From positions 1,280,001 through 1,344,000 of the forward strand of contig CAWGJT010000005.1 of NCBI GenBank assembly GCA_963822965.1: a stretch of 64,000 nt of DNA, written 5' to 3'. Under the pieces are notes generated by a model, which was given only the letters and a program-made list of their open reading frames with translations, did no database searches and was not told the DNA's origin. How positions within the stretch are numbered: position 1 is the stretch's first letter; each line of letters opens with the position of its first letter. The translations under genes were made by a program, and so were the position numbers. Source of the stretch: an uncultured delta proteobacterium. GTDB lineage: Bacteria > Myxococcota_A > UBA9160 > UBA4427. Below are positions 49,955 through 59,554 of the stretch, one piece after another.

Positions 49955-52882
49955 TCAGCGTCTTCGCAGACGGATGGCGCGGAGAGCCGCGAGCCCGGCC
50001 AGGCCCGCCAGCAGCCCGCCCGGGACGGAGGGCTCGGGCATGTAGTGGACGCCGGCGACCGGGTTCGGCTGCGGCGCCGCGCTCGCGAGCGCGGCCGCGT
50101 TCAGCGCCTGGACCTCGGTCGCGGCCGCTGACGAGGCGAGCGCCGGACCCCCCGAGCCCGCCCCGAGGCAGCTGGCGCCGTCTGGTGAGTAGCAGTTCGC
50201 GTCGAGCACGACGTTGAGCATGCCGCCGGCGCTGTCGAAGTTGTCGATCGAGATGGCCGCGGCGTCCACGCCGATGTTGTTGTCGCTGAGGGTCAGGGAG
50301 AACAGGTCCGGGTCGAACATGGTGTCGGCGCCCAGGGACACCTGCACCGGTGGCCGGAACAGCCCGGCGGGACGCCGTCCGATGGTCAGGCCGCCCCCCA
50401 TCGCCTGGAGGCTCGCGTCCACCACCAGCGGCGGCAGGGCGGGGTTGCCCCCCGAGCTGGGCCCCGACGGGTCGAGGCCCAGCACGCTGTCGGTCACCGT
50501 CAGGCGCGTCGGTGCGGAGCGCCCCGACGAGGTGAGGGCCAGGAAGTGCTCGTCGTTCTGCTTGCAGGTGGGGCAGGCCAGCTCCTGGACCGGCGTCGCG
50601 CAGGTCTCGGAGTCGACGGATCGGCACGCCGCGCCCTGGGCGCTGGTGGAGCCCACGTCCTCGACGTTGGCGGCGCCGTTGGCCACCTGGATCGCGCCCA
50701 TCAGCGTCCTTTCCACCTGCAGGTACTTCGCGCGCACGTCGACGTTGCCGGACACCAGCAGGCCGCTGCCCAGCTCGTCCCCCAGCAGGTTCGTGATGCA
50801 GTACGCATTGGGCGGCACCGCGTCGGGATCGTCGGCGGTCAGCGGCTCGGCCGAACCGGGGCGGACGTTCGCCCCGCCGGAGAAGCTCGCCAGGGTCTCG
50901 AAGCCTCGCACGACCGAGGGGTCCGTCTCGAGGCTGCCTACGCAGGCGCCGCTGCCCTCGTCGAAGGCGAGGTCGCCGATGCGACCGCGCCCCGCCCGCA
51001 TGTGCAGGGCGATGCCCTCGCCGGAGGGCAGGGTGAGATCGGTGCCCAGCGGGTTCGACGCCGAGCCCATGCCGACGAGCTCCACCCGGTCCACCTCGAG
51101 GTTGCAGAGGCCGGTGGTGGCCGGCATGGCGAGCGCCGACGGGATGCAGGCCCCCTGGCCGATCAGGAAGGAGGAGCAGGCCCCGAGGTCGAAGGGCACG
51201 TTGCCCAGGATGTCGCCATTCGACGGGTTGATGCCGATGCGCGGCCCCGAGTCCGCCGAGCAGCCGAGCCCGAGGACGGTGTGCAGCAGGGTAGGATCGG
51301 TGACGTTCGGGTCGGCCTGCTGGTGGAAGACCAGCTCCTGGAGGCTCACGTCGGCTTCACTGGCCACCAGGCCGCTCATCGACCCGCTGATGGTCAGCTT
51401 CTCGGCCACGAAGGACCCGCGCCGGTTCTTGCCGGCCGCGCAGTGTCCCGAGTCGCTCCCGAGATCGAGAGGATCGCTGGCGATGCAGGGATGCGATGTG
51501 TGCAGCCGCGGGCCGGGCGCGATCCCGACGCCGACCCCGCCGCCGACGAAGTCGATGTGGCTGTCGCCCAGCAGGCTCATGCTGCAGCCCGAGCAGCCGA
51601 AGCCGGTCTGCTGCTGCGACGCGGCGTCGTACAGGGCCGCCGTGCCGCCTCCGTTCGGGAACAGGGCGTAGTCGGGCGCGGCCCCGTCGAAGGTGCCCAC
51701 CACGTTGTGCATCCGCAGGTCCACGTCGCTGCCGGTGACCCCGACCTCGTCGTCGAAGAAGACCACGTGGCGGCCGTGCACGGGGGGAGCCTGCGCGCCG
51801 GGCGAGCCGGTCCCGAGATCCACCGGCGTGAGGGAGCTGACGCGGACCCCGACGAACAGGTCGCTCGAGGTCGGCCGGTTGCGCTCGACCACGGCGGACG
51901 GAACGCGGACGAAGAGCACGTTGACGCCCTGGATGTTCTGTACCTCGGTCTCGCCGAGGGCTCCCTCGGCCATGTTCTCGCCGAGCGTGTAGCTGGTCTC
52001 GACCAGCGGTGCGTGCACGCCGCCGTAGAAGTTGCTGCCCACCAGGTCCGGAGGGCCGACGGTCGCGGTCTCGAGGGTGGAGTCGAGCTCCTCGGTCAGG
52101 CGGGTGAGCCCGAAGAAGCTGGCCGAGTCGGCGATCGTGGTCTGCGAGCCGAAGGCCAGCACCTCCACCGCACCGATCCGTAGGCGCGGCACGCCCAGGC
52201 CGTCGAGGATCGTCACGCGTCCTTCGGCCCCGCCCGGCGGCACCTCGCCGAGGTCGAGGCTCCAGCCGGCGGGCAGGCTGAGCAGGTGGGTGAAGACGAG
52301 GTCGTTGCCCACGCCGATCTCGGAGATCGGCACCTCGTAGCCGACGGCGACGCCGTTGGCGTGACTCGACAGGTGCAGGTCCAGGTCGGGCCCGGTACCG
52401 ATGGTCCGGGGCACGAAGGTCGAGCGCGCGACGGCGCTCTGCCAGGTCGACTGCAGGAGCGAGGCGGTGCCCGGGGCGTAGTAGGACAAGGTGAGCCCCG
52501 AGACCCCGTGCGGAGAGATGCCGACGACGGGGTCGGGCGGGTAGATGCTGGGCTGCGCCGGTGTGCCGAGCCCGCCCTCGGGCGCGATCTCGAGCCCGAT
52601 GGCCGAGCCGTAGCGCATCCGGAAGGAGGGCGTGCGCACGTGGAGCACTCCCGTGGTGTCCGCCTCCAGCAGCGCGTTGATGGTGTCCGGATCGCAGACG
52701 TCGCCGACGCCGTCGCCGTCTGAGTCCTCCTGGTGCGGGTTGACGTTGGCCGCGCAGTTGTCCGGGACGTCGTCGATGCCGTCGTTGTCGGAGTCCGCGG
52801 CTCCCGCGGCGCCCGGAAGCAGCAGCACGAAGGCTCCGCACAGCAGGAGGAGGAGCTTCGAGTCGATCGGTCGGCACGCCAT
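49955..52882 (-). CDS. Large PEP-CTERM (MPEP) protein with a thrombospondin type-3 repeat
   Basis: Signal peptide; DSDNDGIDDVPDNC...DSDGDGVGDVCD; MPEPSVPGGLLAGLAGLAALRAIRLRRR. Confidence 0.82.
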   Translation of the reverse strand: MACRPIDSKLLLLLCGAFVLLLPGAAGAADSDNDGIDDVPDNCAANVNPHQEDSDGDGVGDVCDPDTINALLEADTTGVLHVRTPSFRMRYGSAIGLEIAPEGGLGTPAQPSIYPPDPVVGISPHGVSGLTLSYYAPGTASLLQSTWQSAVARSTFVPRTIGTGPDLDLHLSSHANGVAVGYEVPISEIGVGNDLVFTHLLSLPAGWSLDLGEVPPGGAEGRVTILDGLGVPRLRIGAVEVLAFGSQTTIADSASFFGLTRLTEELDSTLETATVGPPDLVGSNFYGGVHAPLVETSYTLGENMAEGALGETEVQNIQGVNVLFVRVPSAVVERNRPTSSDLFVGVRVSSLTPVDLGTGSPGAQAPPVHGRHVVFFDDEVGVTGSDVDLRMHNVVGTFDGAAPDYALFPNGGGTAALYDAASQQQTGFGCSGCSMSLLGDSHIDFVGGGVGVGIAPGPRLHTSHPCIASDPLDLGSDSGHCAAGKNRRGSFVAEKLTISGSMSGLVASEADVSLQELVFHQQADPNVTDPTLLHTVLGLGCSADSGPRIGINPSNGDILGNVPFDLGACSSFLIGQGACIPSALAMPATTGLCNLEVDRVELVGMGSASNPLGTDLTLPSGEGIALHMRAGRGRIGDLAFDEGSGACVGSLETDPSVVRGFETLASFSGGANVRPGSAEPLTADDPDAVPPNAYCITNLLGDELGSGLLVSGNVDVRAKYLQVERTLMGAIQVANGAANVEDVGSTSAQGAACRSVDSETCATPVQELACPTCKQNDEHFLALTSSGRSAPTRLTVTDSVLGLDPSGPSSGGNPALPPLVVDASLQAMGGGLTIGRRPAGLFRPPVQVSLGADTMFDPDLFSLTLSDNNIGVDAAAISIDNFDSAGGMLNVVLDANCYSPDGASCLGAGSGGPALASSAAATEVQALNAAALASAAPQPNPVAGVHYMPEPSVPGGLLAGLAGLAALRAIRLRRR

Positions 52883-53084
52883 GGGGTCCGCTCCCTGCCA
52901 GGCTCGGCCCAAGCATACGACGACACAGATGAGTGATTCCAGCACGGCGGCGCCCCGGAGCATCTTCCCCGCACCCGCCCCCCCGCGGGGGGGGGCGGGG
53001 TGCGGGGCTGCCGGGTCGCGCACCACCAGGTGGTCGCGCAGCTCGTTCCGTGGATCGGGGGCTCTCGCGACGCCGGTCGCGCCG

Positions 53085-53178
53085 GGATCAGTCGTCGTGA
53101 GAAGGGACGCAAGCTCGAGGACTTCCCGGTCGAGACCAACGGCCAGGCGCTGGTGGAGGCGGTCCGGATGATCCCGGG
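53085..53178 (+). mobile_element. IS110-family transposase N-terminal remnant
   Basis: KGRKLEDFPVETNGQALVEAVRMIPG resembles the IS110 N-terminal domain. Confidence 0.5.
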
Positions 53179-53532
53179 GCATCCTCGGCTGTCCGAATCT
53201 CGACGACGGCCGTGGCGGGCGCGGGGCGCTCTTCGCCGCCGTGCGCGGGCAGGGCACGCGGGCGCTGCCGCTCTGGGGCGACGGCCTCGAGGGCCCGGCG
53301 GTCGCCGTCTCGAAGGCGACGTCCCTGGCCGAGGCGCGCTTCTGCGAGTCGGTCGAGTCCGACCACTCCGACCAGGCGCAGTCGGCGCGGATCGCGGAGC
53401 TTCTCGGCATCACCCAGGAGCCCTTCCGCATCGACAGCCAGTGCAACTACGCGGCGATCGCCCGAGGCGACGCGTCCATCTACCTGCGACCGGGTGATCG
53501 AGGTCGTCAAGCAGGTGCGCGCCGGAGGCTGA
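53176..53532 (+). pseudogene. Fragment of a 3'(2'),5'-bisphosphate nucleotidase (inositol monophosphatase family)
   Basis: GILGCPNL, FCESVES.HS and RIDSQCNYAAIARGDASIYLR; N-terminus absent and an internal deletion before the C-terminal helix. Confidence 0.72.
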
Positions 53533-53689
53533 GCGCCGGCGCCACCAAGCCACGCCACCACGCCGCGACGGCTCGTGCCGCTTCTCTCTCGCGTCGTCCT
53601 CGCGTCGTCGAGTGAATCTCATCGACTTCGCCGCACCTCTGTGTCACGGTGGATCCCGTGGGATTGTCCACCGGGAAGAAGGAATTCGC

Positions 53690-54379
53690 ATGCCCAGGCA
53701 GCTCTGGATTGGAGCCCTCTGCACGATCGCCCTGGTGGGCCTGTGGGCGAGCCGGGCCAGTGCATTCGCGTTCGACATGGTGCCGCGGACTCCGACCACG
53801 GGGCTGGACGTCAGCGACTCGGTCACGGTCGACGTCTTCTTCGACGCCACGGACGTCGACGTCTACGCCTTCGACCTCCGCGTCCTGTCGAGCAACGCCA
53901 GCGCCATCCACTACGACGCGACGGCCTCCGCGGCGCTCGAGGCATCGGGTGATGCGGGTCCGGGTACACAGCCGGCCTACATCCTGTACGACCCCGGGAT
54001 CGGGATGTCCCTCCCGGCGGTGGCCCTCTATCCGTTCCAGACGCCGGTCTGGCCCACCTGGCCCACACCGCCGCCGGGAGAGGAGGAGGTGCAGATCGGC
54101 TTCCTGATCCCAAACCTCACCGGCCCGTACGGGACCCGAACCACGGGGACCGGGATCTGGATCGCTTCGCTCGTCTTCCACGTCGGCTCGGCGATCACGT
54201 CGGAGAGCCTGGCCCTCTCGGTGAGCAGCCTGCAGCAGGGTTTTGGTCCGTATCCGGTGGACCAGATCGGGCTCAGCTCACCGATCACCCTCACGGGCGT
54301 CCCCGAGCCGGCGACCGGCCTGCTGATGGGCGTGGCGCTCGTCGCAGGCGTCGCACGGAGCGCGCGGCGGCCCGCGTAG
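53690..54379 (+). CDS. PEP-CTERM surface protein
   Basis: Signal peptide ending ASA; VPEPATGLLMGVALVAGVARSARR. Confidence 0.85.
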   Translation: MPRQLWIGALCTIALVGLWASRASAFAFDMVPRTPTTGLDVSDSVTVDVFFDATDVDVYAFDLRVLSSNASAIHYDATASAALEASGDAGPGTQPAYILYDPGIGMSLPAVALYPFQTPVWPTWPTPPPGEEEVQIGFLIPNLTGPYGTRTTGTGIWIASLVFHVGSAITSESLALSVSSLQQGFGPYPVDQIGLSSPITLTGVPEPATGLLMGVALVAGVARSARRPA

Positions 54380-54406
54380 CAGGACCCCGCTCACGCGGGT
54401 ACCCGC

Positions 54407-54596
54407 TCAGGCGCTCGCGCGCTGCGGGCCCCGCACCAGCTTTCCCGGCAGCGCGCCCGTGGGCGTGCCGTCCTGGTAGATCACCTCGCCACTGCAGATC
54501 GTGTAGCGGTAGCCGTCCACCTTCTGGATGAGCCGCTTCCCGGCGGCGGGCAGGTCGTAGACCATCTCCGGCGCGTGGATGTGTAGCGCGTCGAAG
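54407..54596 (-). pseudogene. C-terminal fragment of an N-acyl-D-amino-acid deacylase
   Basis: YDLPAAGKRLIQ..GY..TICSG..TGALPGKLVRG. Confidence 0.75.
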
Positions 54597-54618
54597 CCTC
54601 CGGGGTCACGGCGGCGGG

Positions 54619-54719
54619 CCCTCGAGCAGAAGGGCCAACGCCGCGCCGCCACCGCGAGGAAGCTCGGGATCACGCGGGAAGGGCTGTACAAGTAGATGAA
54701 GCGGCTGGGGATCGGGTGA
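54619..54719 (+). pseudogene. Fis-type HTH C-terminal fragment of a sigma54-dependent activator
   Basis: ALEQ..RAATARKLGITREGLYK*MKRLGI. Confidence 0.65.
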
Positions 54720-54803
54720 GGCGGTTGCAGGGCCCGCCGCGATCATCGAGCAGGCGCTTCGCTGGGGGCTTCGATCGGGCGGCGGTATCCTCTGCCCCCG
54801 ATC

Positions 54804-57491
54804 ATGATCCTGATAGGCGACTACCTGCTGGACGATGAGCGGACGGAGCTCTATCGCGACGGAGCCCGGATCGAGATGCAGCGCCTCCCCCTCGAGCTGC
54901 TGCGTCACCTGATTCGGCATCGCGACCGGACCGTCGAGCGAAGCGAGCTGCGCGCCGCCCTCTGGCCCGATACCCACGTGAGCGACGGCGCGCTCAGCTC
55001 CGCCGTCTACGCGCTCAGAAGGGTGTTGGAGGACCACGACCGTGAGGAGGCCTGGGTGCGGACCGTCCGGGGACGAGGCTTCCGCTTCGAGGGCCCGTGC
55101 CGGGCGATCGGAGTGTCGATGGACCTGCGAGCCGACCCGATCCCGTTCGTGCACCGGGAGAGCGAAATGGCGCGCCTGGATGCGCTCCTGCGACGCGCCG
55201 TCGCGGGCAGCGGTTCCGTCGTCCTGGTCGAGGGCGCGCCCGGGATGGGAAAGTCGCGGCTCGTGGCCGAGTTCAGTCGACTCCCCGCGCATGCGCGCAA
55301 GGCGATCGCCCGTGCGGAGCCGGACGCGGGCTCGCCGCCCGGAGCGACGCTGCACGAGGCCCTCGTTCAGCTGAGCCGCCGATCGCTCCTCCCGGAGGAC
55401 ATCGCTTCCCGCGGCGATCCTCTCGATCGCCAGCGGAAGGAGCTCGGGGCGCAGCTGCTGACGGCCGTCGAAGAAGGCCCGTTCACCCTCATCCTCGAGG
55501 ACCTGCACTGGGCCGACCCCCTGACGCTGGCGACCCTCTCCCACCTGGCGCGAGAGATCCCGGGCCTGCCGATCCTCCTCGTCGCGACGTTCCGGCCGGA
55601 AGAGGCGGGACGCGCGGCGGAGCACCTCCTGCGGCTCGCTCTCCAGCCCGGCGTCGAGCGGATTCGCCTCGGCGCGTTCTCGGTCGAGGCCGTGTTCTGG
55701 GTGCTGTCGCGGGTGCGGGGGGGCGTGCCGACACCGGACGAGGTCGCCGACGTACTGAAGCGCAGCGAGGGAATCCCCCTCTACGTTGCGGAGCTCGCGC
55801 AGGTGCCCGCGTCGGAGGCCGGCTCCGGCGGCGGGTTGCCGGTCGATCGCCTGCTCCAGGAACGGATCGCCACGCTCTCCGCGGGAACGCGCGCCGCCAT
55901 CGGAGTCGCGGGAGTCTACGGCGCCCGCTTCGATCTCGGCCCGCTGCAGGCCGTGGGCGGCGAACGGGTGCCGCGGGGCCTGGACTGGCTCGAGGAAGCG
56001 ACGAGCGCGGGCGTGCTGCGCCGCGACGAGCGCGACCCCCTTCGCTACCACTTCAGCCACGCGCTGCTGCGCGATGCGGCCGTGCAGGAGATGCCGGCGC
56101 CGGAGCGGGCCGCCATCCACGGCCGGATCGCGGCGCGCCTCGAGGAGCTGCACCCGGATCCGCCGGACCACGTCGTCGACGCGATTGCGCGTCACTGGGG
56201 CGCAGCGCTGCCCTACGTCGGCGACGTCGATCGGGTCATGGCCTGGGATCTCCGCTCGGCCCGTCTGGCGGCCCGGCGACGGGAGTGGCCGCGGGTCACC
56301 GAGCTGACCGAGCGCCTGCGGCGCTGGATCGAAGGCCTGCCTCGGGACGATCCACGGCGCGCGGCCGCCCTCGAGCTGGAGCTTCTCGCCGCGAGCGGCT
56401 CCTTCCTGGCCCGGACGCTCGACGAATCCCGCGACGCCCTCGAGCGCGCGGCCGTCCTCTACGAGGCGGGTGCGGCATGCGATGACGACGCCACGCTCTT
56501 GTTCGGCCTCCAGGGAACCTACGGGGTCTTCGCGGCCGATTCCGAATGGACCGAGCGCGCCGTCGCGCGCCTCGCCGAGCTGGAAGGGCCGACCGCGTCC
56601 GAGGTCGGCCGCGCCCTGGCGCTCCTCGCGGACCTGCGGCGGGGACGATTCGCTGCCACAGTCGAGCGCGGCGCCGAGCTCGCCGACGCGGACCCGGCCG
56701 ACGTCGATGGGCTCCCGCTTCCGTACTCACCGGTCGGCCTCGCGCTCACGAACGCCGCCCTGGCCGCGTGGGCGGTCGGACGAGACCGCCAGGCCCGGGA
56801 GCTCCTGGCGATCGCCGAACGTCGCGCGGTCGCTCGCGGCGAAGCGCTCGACCAGGCCATGGCGCTCTTCGGCGCCTGCGTCGTGCACGAGCTGCGGCGC
56901 GACTGGCGCACGTTGCGCACGGTCGCCGCCCGCCTCGACCCGCTGTGTCACGAGCACGACCTGACGCGCTTCCACGGGGCGGGCTTCTCCTTCGAGCAGT
57001 GGGCCCGCGAGCAGCTCGAAGGCTCGAACGCAGCCTTCCATTTGATCGGCCGCGTGGTGCGCGATCGCAACGACAGCGGCGAAGCCAACGCCTTCCGCTC
57101 CTGTCTGCTCGGACTGGCGGGCCGCATGCTCGCCCATGGAGGCCGCCCGGAGGAAGGCCTCGACTACCTCGTCGAGGCGGAGCAGGTGGTCCGCGCCGGC
57201 GGCGAGGAGCAGTTCCGCGCGGAGGTCCTCCGCCAGCAGGCCGAGCTCCGCGCCAGTCTGGGCCAACGGGAAGCCGCAATCAGCCTGGCGAAGGAGGCCC
57301 ATGACCTCGCCGCGGAGCAGTCCGCACCGATCCTCGAGCTCCGCGCCCTGGTGACGTGGCTGCTGGTGGACGACCGCCCGCCGAGAAGCGCGAAGGCGCG
57401 GCTCGCCCGGCTCTCCGGTGAGCTCGCGGGCGTCCTCCAGCCCGCAGAGCTCGAGGCCATCCAGCGGCTGTCCCGACGCGCGGGACGCTGA
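54804..57491 (+). CDS. Winged-helix (OmpR/CadC-type) AAA-ATPase transcriptional regulator
   Basis: TVRGRGFRF wHTH end; Walker A GAPGMGKS; LEDLHWAD; TPR-like C-terminus. Confidence 0.88.
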   Translation: MILIGDYLLDDERTELYRDGARIEMQRLPLELLRHLIRHRDRTVERSELRAALWPDTHVSDGALSSAVYALRRVLEDHDREEAWVRTVRGRGFRFEGPCRAIGVSMDLRADPIPFVHRESEMARLDALLRRAVAGSGSVVLVEGAPGMGKSRLVAEFSRLPAHARKAIARAEPDAGSPPGATLHEALVQLSRRSLLPEDIASRGDPLDRQRKELGAQLLTAVEEGPFTLILEDLHWADPLTLATLSHLAREIPGLPILLVATFRPEEAGRAAEHLLRLALQPGVERIRLGAFSVEAVFWVLSRVRGGVPTPDEVADVLKRSEGIPLYVAELAQVPASEAGSGGGLPVDRLLQERIATLSAGTRAAIGVAGVYGARFDLGPLQAVGGERVPRGLDWLEEATSAGVLRRDERDPLRYHFSHALLRDAAVQEMPAPERAAIHGRIAARLEELHPDPPDHVVDAIARHWGAALPYVGDVDRVMAWDLRSARLAARRREWPRVTELTERLRRWIEGLPRDDPRRAAALELELLAASGSFLARTLDESRDALERAAVLYEAGAACDDDATLLFGLQGTYGVFAADSEWTERAVARLAELEGPTASEVGRALALLADLRRGRFAATVERGAELADADPADVDGLPLPYSPVGLALTNAALAAWAVGRDRQARELLAIAERRAVARGEALDQAMALFGACVVHELRRDWRTLRTVAARLDPLCHEHDLTRFHGAGFSFEQWAREQLEGSNAAFHLIGRVVRDRNDSGEANAFRSCLLGLAGRMLAHGGRPEEGLDYLVEAEQVVRAGGEEQFRAEVLRQQAELRASLGQREAAISLAKEAHDLAAEQSAPILELRALVTWLLVDDRPPRSAKARLARLSGELAGVLQPAELEAIQRLSRRAGR

Positions 57492-57506
57492 GCCCCACGA
57501 AGCGCC

Positions 57507-58352
57507 TCAGCGGCGGCGCGACGATCGCCACCGGCCCAGCGCGGCCAGACCCGCGATGCCAGCCAGCACGCCTGGCGTCGCGGCCGGCTCGGGAACCGCG
57601 ACGGCGTCCAGATCCGCGGCCACCCAGTCCGCGTCCTGCGCCGAGCCGTCGTAGGCCAGCGACCACTGCATGCCGGGTGCTCCGGCCGGATCGAAGAGGA
57701 GGACGTCCTCGTCGGCGAACGCGACGCCGGACACGCTTCCCGCGCGGTCGAAGGACATCGCGAAGCGACCGTCGTCCAGGGCGTGGACCCCGTCCAGGTC
57801 GAGACCGGCCGCGATGCCCTCGGCCGAGCCGTCGAAGAAGAGCTGGTAGGTCAAGAAGAAGTCGTCCCGTCCCAGCAGATCCTCGTCCGCCACGACGATG
57901 TTGCCCAGGTCGGCGGCCTTGTCGAAGGACAGGATCAGGGCGTTCGTCGTCTCCGTGACCGCGTCGATCCCGACGTCGGGGGGAATCCCCTGTTGCGATC
58001 CCTGCCACGCGAGCTGGTAGCCCGTGCCGTCGTAGCGGACCACGTCGCGCGGCTCGACGACGACGCCGCCGAGCACCGCCGGCTTGTCGATGGCGAACAG
58101 CCGATCGCCGTTCGGACGCAGGTGGTAGGCGGTCACATCGACGCCCGCCGGCAGCGGGCCCAGGTCGACCGGGGTGGTCGTCCCGGCCAAGTCGTCGAGG
58201 GCAACGCTCTGATCCGTCACCACGGTGGCGTCGAGCACGACCGCCTTGTCCGGGGAGGCCGCGACCGGGTACTGGGCGGAGGCCGGGGCCGCCGCGAGGC
58301 CGATCAGGAGAAGGAGCCCGAGTCCCGCGCGGCGAGTGTGCACCCGAGCCAT
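57507..58352 (-). CDS. PEP-CTERM surface protein
   Basis: Signal peptide; three repeats with EDLL/EDVL-like motifs; VPEPAATPGVLAGIAGLAALGRWR. Confidence 0.85.
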   Translation of the reverse strand: MARVHTRRAGLGLLLLIGLAAAPASAQYPVAASPDKAVVLDATVVTDQSVALDDLAGTTTPVDLGPLPAGVDVTAYHLRPNGDRLFAIDKPAVLGGVVVEPRDVVRYDGTGYQLAWQGSQQGIPPDVGIDAVTETTNALILSFDKAADLGNIVVADEDLLGRDDFFLTYQLFFDGSAEGIAAGLDLDGVHALDDGRFAMSFDRAGSVSGVAFADEDVLLFDPAGAPGMQWSLAYDGSAQDADWVAADLDAVAVPEPAATPGVLAGIAGLAALGRWRSSRRR

Positions 58353-58353
58353 C

Positions 58354-59283
58354 CTACTCCTCGATGCACCAGGTGCTGATGGCGAGGCCGCAGGAGACGT
58401 TCGGCGTCTTCTGCCAGCCACCGTCGGTGTACCAGGCCCAGGTCGTGCAGAGTCCCACGTCCGCGTCCACCCAGCCTCCGACGTTGAGTATGCCGTTGGT
58501 CGCGAGGCTCACCGGGTAGGCCTCTGCGGTCTCCGTGTACACCAGGTTCGAGGGATCCTCGAGCTCGAGCGAGCGCGCCGGCCGGTAGCCGGGGCCGCAG
58601 CTCAGGTCCGCGTTCGCCTGCGGCTCGCCGAGGGAGGACAGGTAGTAGCGACGCTCGGACTCGGGATTGCAGGGGTCGCCGGTGCACACGTTGACCGCGG
58701 TGGCGACCGCGTTGCCCGACGCGTCCGGGCTGTTGTTCGTGAGCACGTTTCCGCCCCAGGCGGTGCCGGCGCCGAGGGACGCACCGGTGCCGAGGTTGTT
58801 GGCGATGCGGTTGTTGCGGACGATGGAGTTCTGGAGCACGACGAGGCCGGCTCCTTCGTTGGTCCGGATGACCAGATCCTCGACGAGGGCCCGCTGTCCC
58901 AGCACGACCCCGCTCGCGCGGAAATCCTCGACCACGCCGTTGCGGACGGTGACGTCGTTGGCGCTCGCGCCGTCGATGCCGTTCTGGATGTTGATGACCG
59001 GGCAGACGGCCAGGACGTTCACGCACGGTCCCACGGTGAATCCGGCGAGGTCGAGCGTCGCCCCGTCGGTCTGGATCGAGATCGCAGTCGTGCCATTGCT
59101 GCCCAGGAGATTGCTGGTGAGCACATAGCTGCCCTGCTTCGTGATCTCGACCGGCAGGCCGGGGCCGTCGCCGGGGAAGCAGCCCCCGCTCACGCAGGCC
59201 TGGTCGATCTCCAGCACACCATCGCCGGCGTGCGCCATCCCGGCGACCAGGATCGAGAGCAGAGCGAGCCGGATCTTGTACAT
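58354..59283 (-). CDS. Secreted beta-helix-like protein
   Basis: Signal MYKIRLALLSILVAGMAHA; DGVLEIDQAC..GCFPGD..GSYVLTSNL; Cys-rich C-terminus. Confidence 0.8.
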   Translation of the reverse strand: MYKIRLALLSILVAGMAHAGDGVLEIDQACVSGGCFPGDGPGLPVEITKQGSYVLTSNLLGSNGTTAISIQTDGATLDLAGFTVGPCVNVLAVCPVINIQNGIDGASANDVTVRNGVVEDFRASGVVLGQRALVEDLVIRTNEGAGLVVLQNSIVRNNRIANNLGTGASLGAGTAWGGNVLTNNSPDASGNAVATAVNVCTGDPCNPESERRYYLSSLGEPQANADLSCGPGYRPARSLELEDPSNLVYTETAEAYPVSLATNGILNVGGWVDADVGLCTTWAWYTDGGWQKTPNVSCGLAISTWCIEE

Positions 59284-59468
59284 GGACCTTCCTCTCCTGT
59301 CTGCAACGCCTCGCAGCCCGTCCCGGAGCCGCGGTCGCGGACCATGGTCCCCCAGCGTCTGCCCGCCGTACTTGAGGAGAACTTGATGATTCGCCCGAAC
59401 CGAACGCGCCAAATCAGGGAAAGCCCTTCTAAATCAATCACTTGAGACCCTTGCAGGCGTGGGAGTCC
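59219..59468. repeat. ~250-bp direct repeat, copy 1 (upstream region plus signal-peptide coding sequence)
   Basis: Closely similar to 60870-61120, including the identical block TACTTGAGGAGAACTTGATGATTCGCCCGAACCGAACGCG. Confidence 0.9.
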
Positions 59469-59554
59469 CGCGCGGGCCGGACCGCAGGACGGCCGTGGCA
59501 CGATCGCGGCGGGGCTACGGGCGAGCGACCCGCCGCCGACCGCCTCGCGGTCGC

